64,000 nucleotides of DNA from Nymphaea colorata (lineage: Eukaryota), in the NCBI RefSeq assembly GCF_008831285.2, contig NC_045138.2, forward strand, positions 40,176,001 to 40,240,000, read 5' to 3'. How positions within the stretch are numbered: position 1 is the stretch's first letter; every line of letters starts with the position of its first letter. Positions 63,492 through 64,000 of the stretch are shown here, piece after piece. The notes below the pieces were generated by a model. The model was not told the origin of the DNA. It did not search any database and worked only from the letters and a program-made list of their open reading frames with translations. A program made the position numbers and the translations under genes.

Positions 63492-64000
63492 TCATGGTAT
63501 AGAAGTCAAAAATAAATAAGTGTAGGTCAATATATGTATATCATAAGTATTGTTATAGGTTGGTATGGATTTTAATGGATCCAATCTGATTGGAACCAAT
63601 TACCGGTAAAACAATTCATATTTCGTAATTGAATTCACAATTATGAAGTCTAAGATCCAAGCACAGGTCACATGTAATGATATAATTCTTTTGCTTGTGC
63701 AAATCGAATAGGAATTCACTTTTATAATTAGTTTCCAGTCTAATCTGACTTATATTGCAAGGAAGTAGAGATTAAGTGTGAAGTGTGTGAAGAGGGGATC
63801 TGACACGAAAAGAAACGGCGCTCCATGGCTCCTTACATGTTGGTGTGAAATATAAGATTTTGGTTGGGTTTGGTGTGCCAACAAAAAGACCGTGTTTGTT
63901 TGTCGGAAGCACTCGCTTTTCCTGTTTACCTCGCAAATTTAATTGGGTCGTCGCAGTAGAAACGAGGAGTCTCGATCGAGTCTTCCAACTCCTTCCATGG

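Noticed and set aside
58400..64000. Protein-coding or known RNA gene in the last 5.6 kb
   Set aside because: Only short motif-less ORFs, MITE fragments and microsatellites; no conserved miRNA, tRNA or rRNA recognised.

Overview
This is euchromatic nuclear DNA from a flowering plant: spliceosomal GT-AG introns, (GA)n microsatellites and plant transposons. It is not prokaryotic, so most of the ORF track is noise or exon fragments. Genes in order: 3' end of a group-E bZIP (+); an intronless 666-aa At3g58110-like protein (-); a 16-exon API5 (-); a papain-family cysteine protease (+); a PER19-like class III peroxidase (-); DTD1 D-aminoacyl-tRNA deacylase (+); and two tandem GDSL esterase/lipases (+). 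Mobile DNA includes a structurally complete but mutated Ty1/copia element (379-bp LTRs, GTTAT TSD, PBS, PPT) in the protease promoter, an older deleted relative of it, a 3.3-kb non-autonomous hAT element with an exact 8-bp TSD, and several MITEs. Most interesting: (1) a MITE whose 8-bp TSD duplicated a GDSL splice acceptor; (2) perfect heat-shock elements in the copia LTRs, one just upstream of the protease; (3) a transposase-less hAT carrying a multi-exon transcription unit; (4) a possible retrotransposon-derived domain in the intronless gene; (5) head-to-head API5 and cysteine protease. All gene models were read by eye. Family assignments rest on recalled motifs, not database searches. No clearly new biological system could be established from sequence alone.
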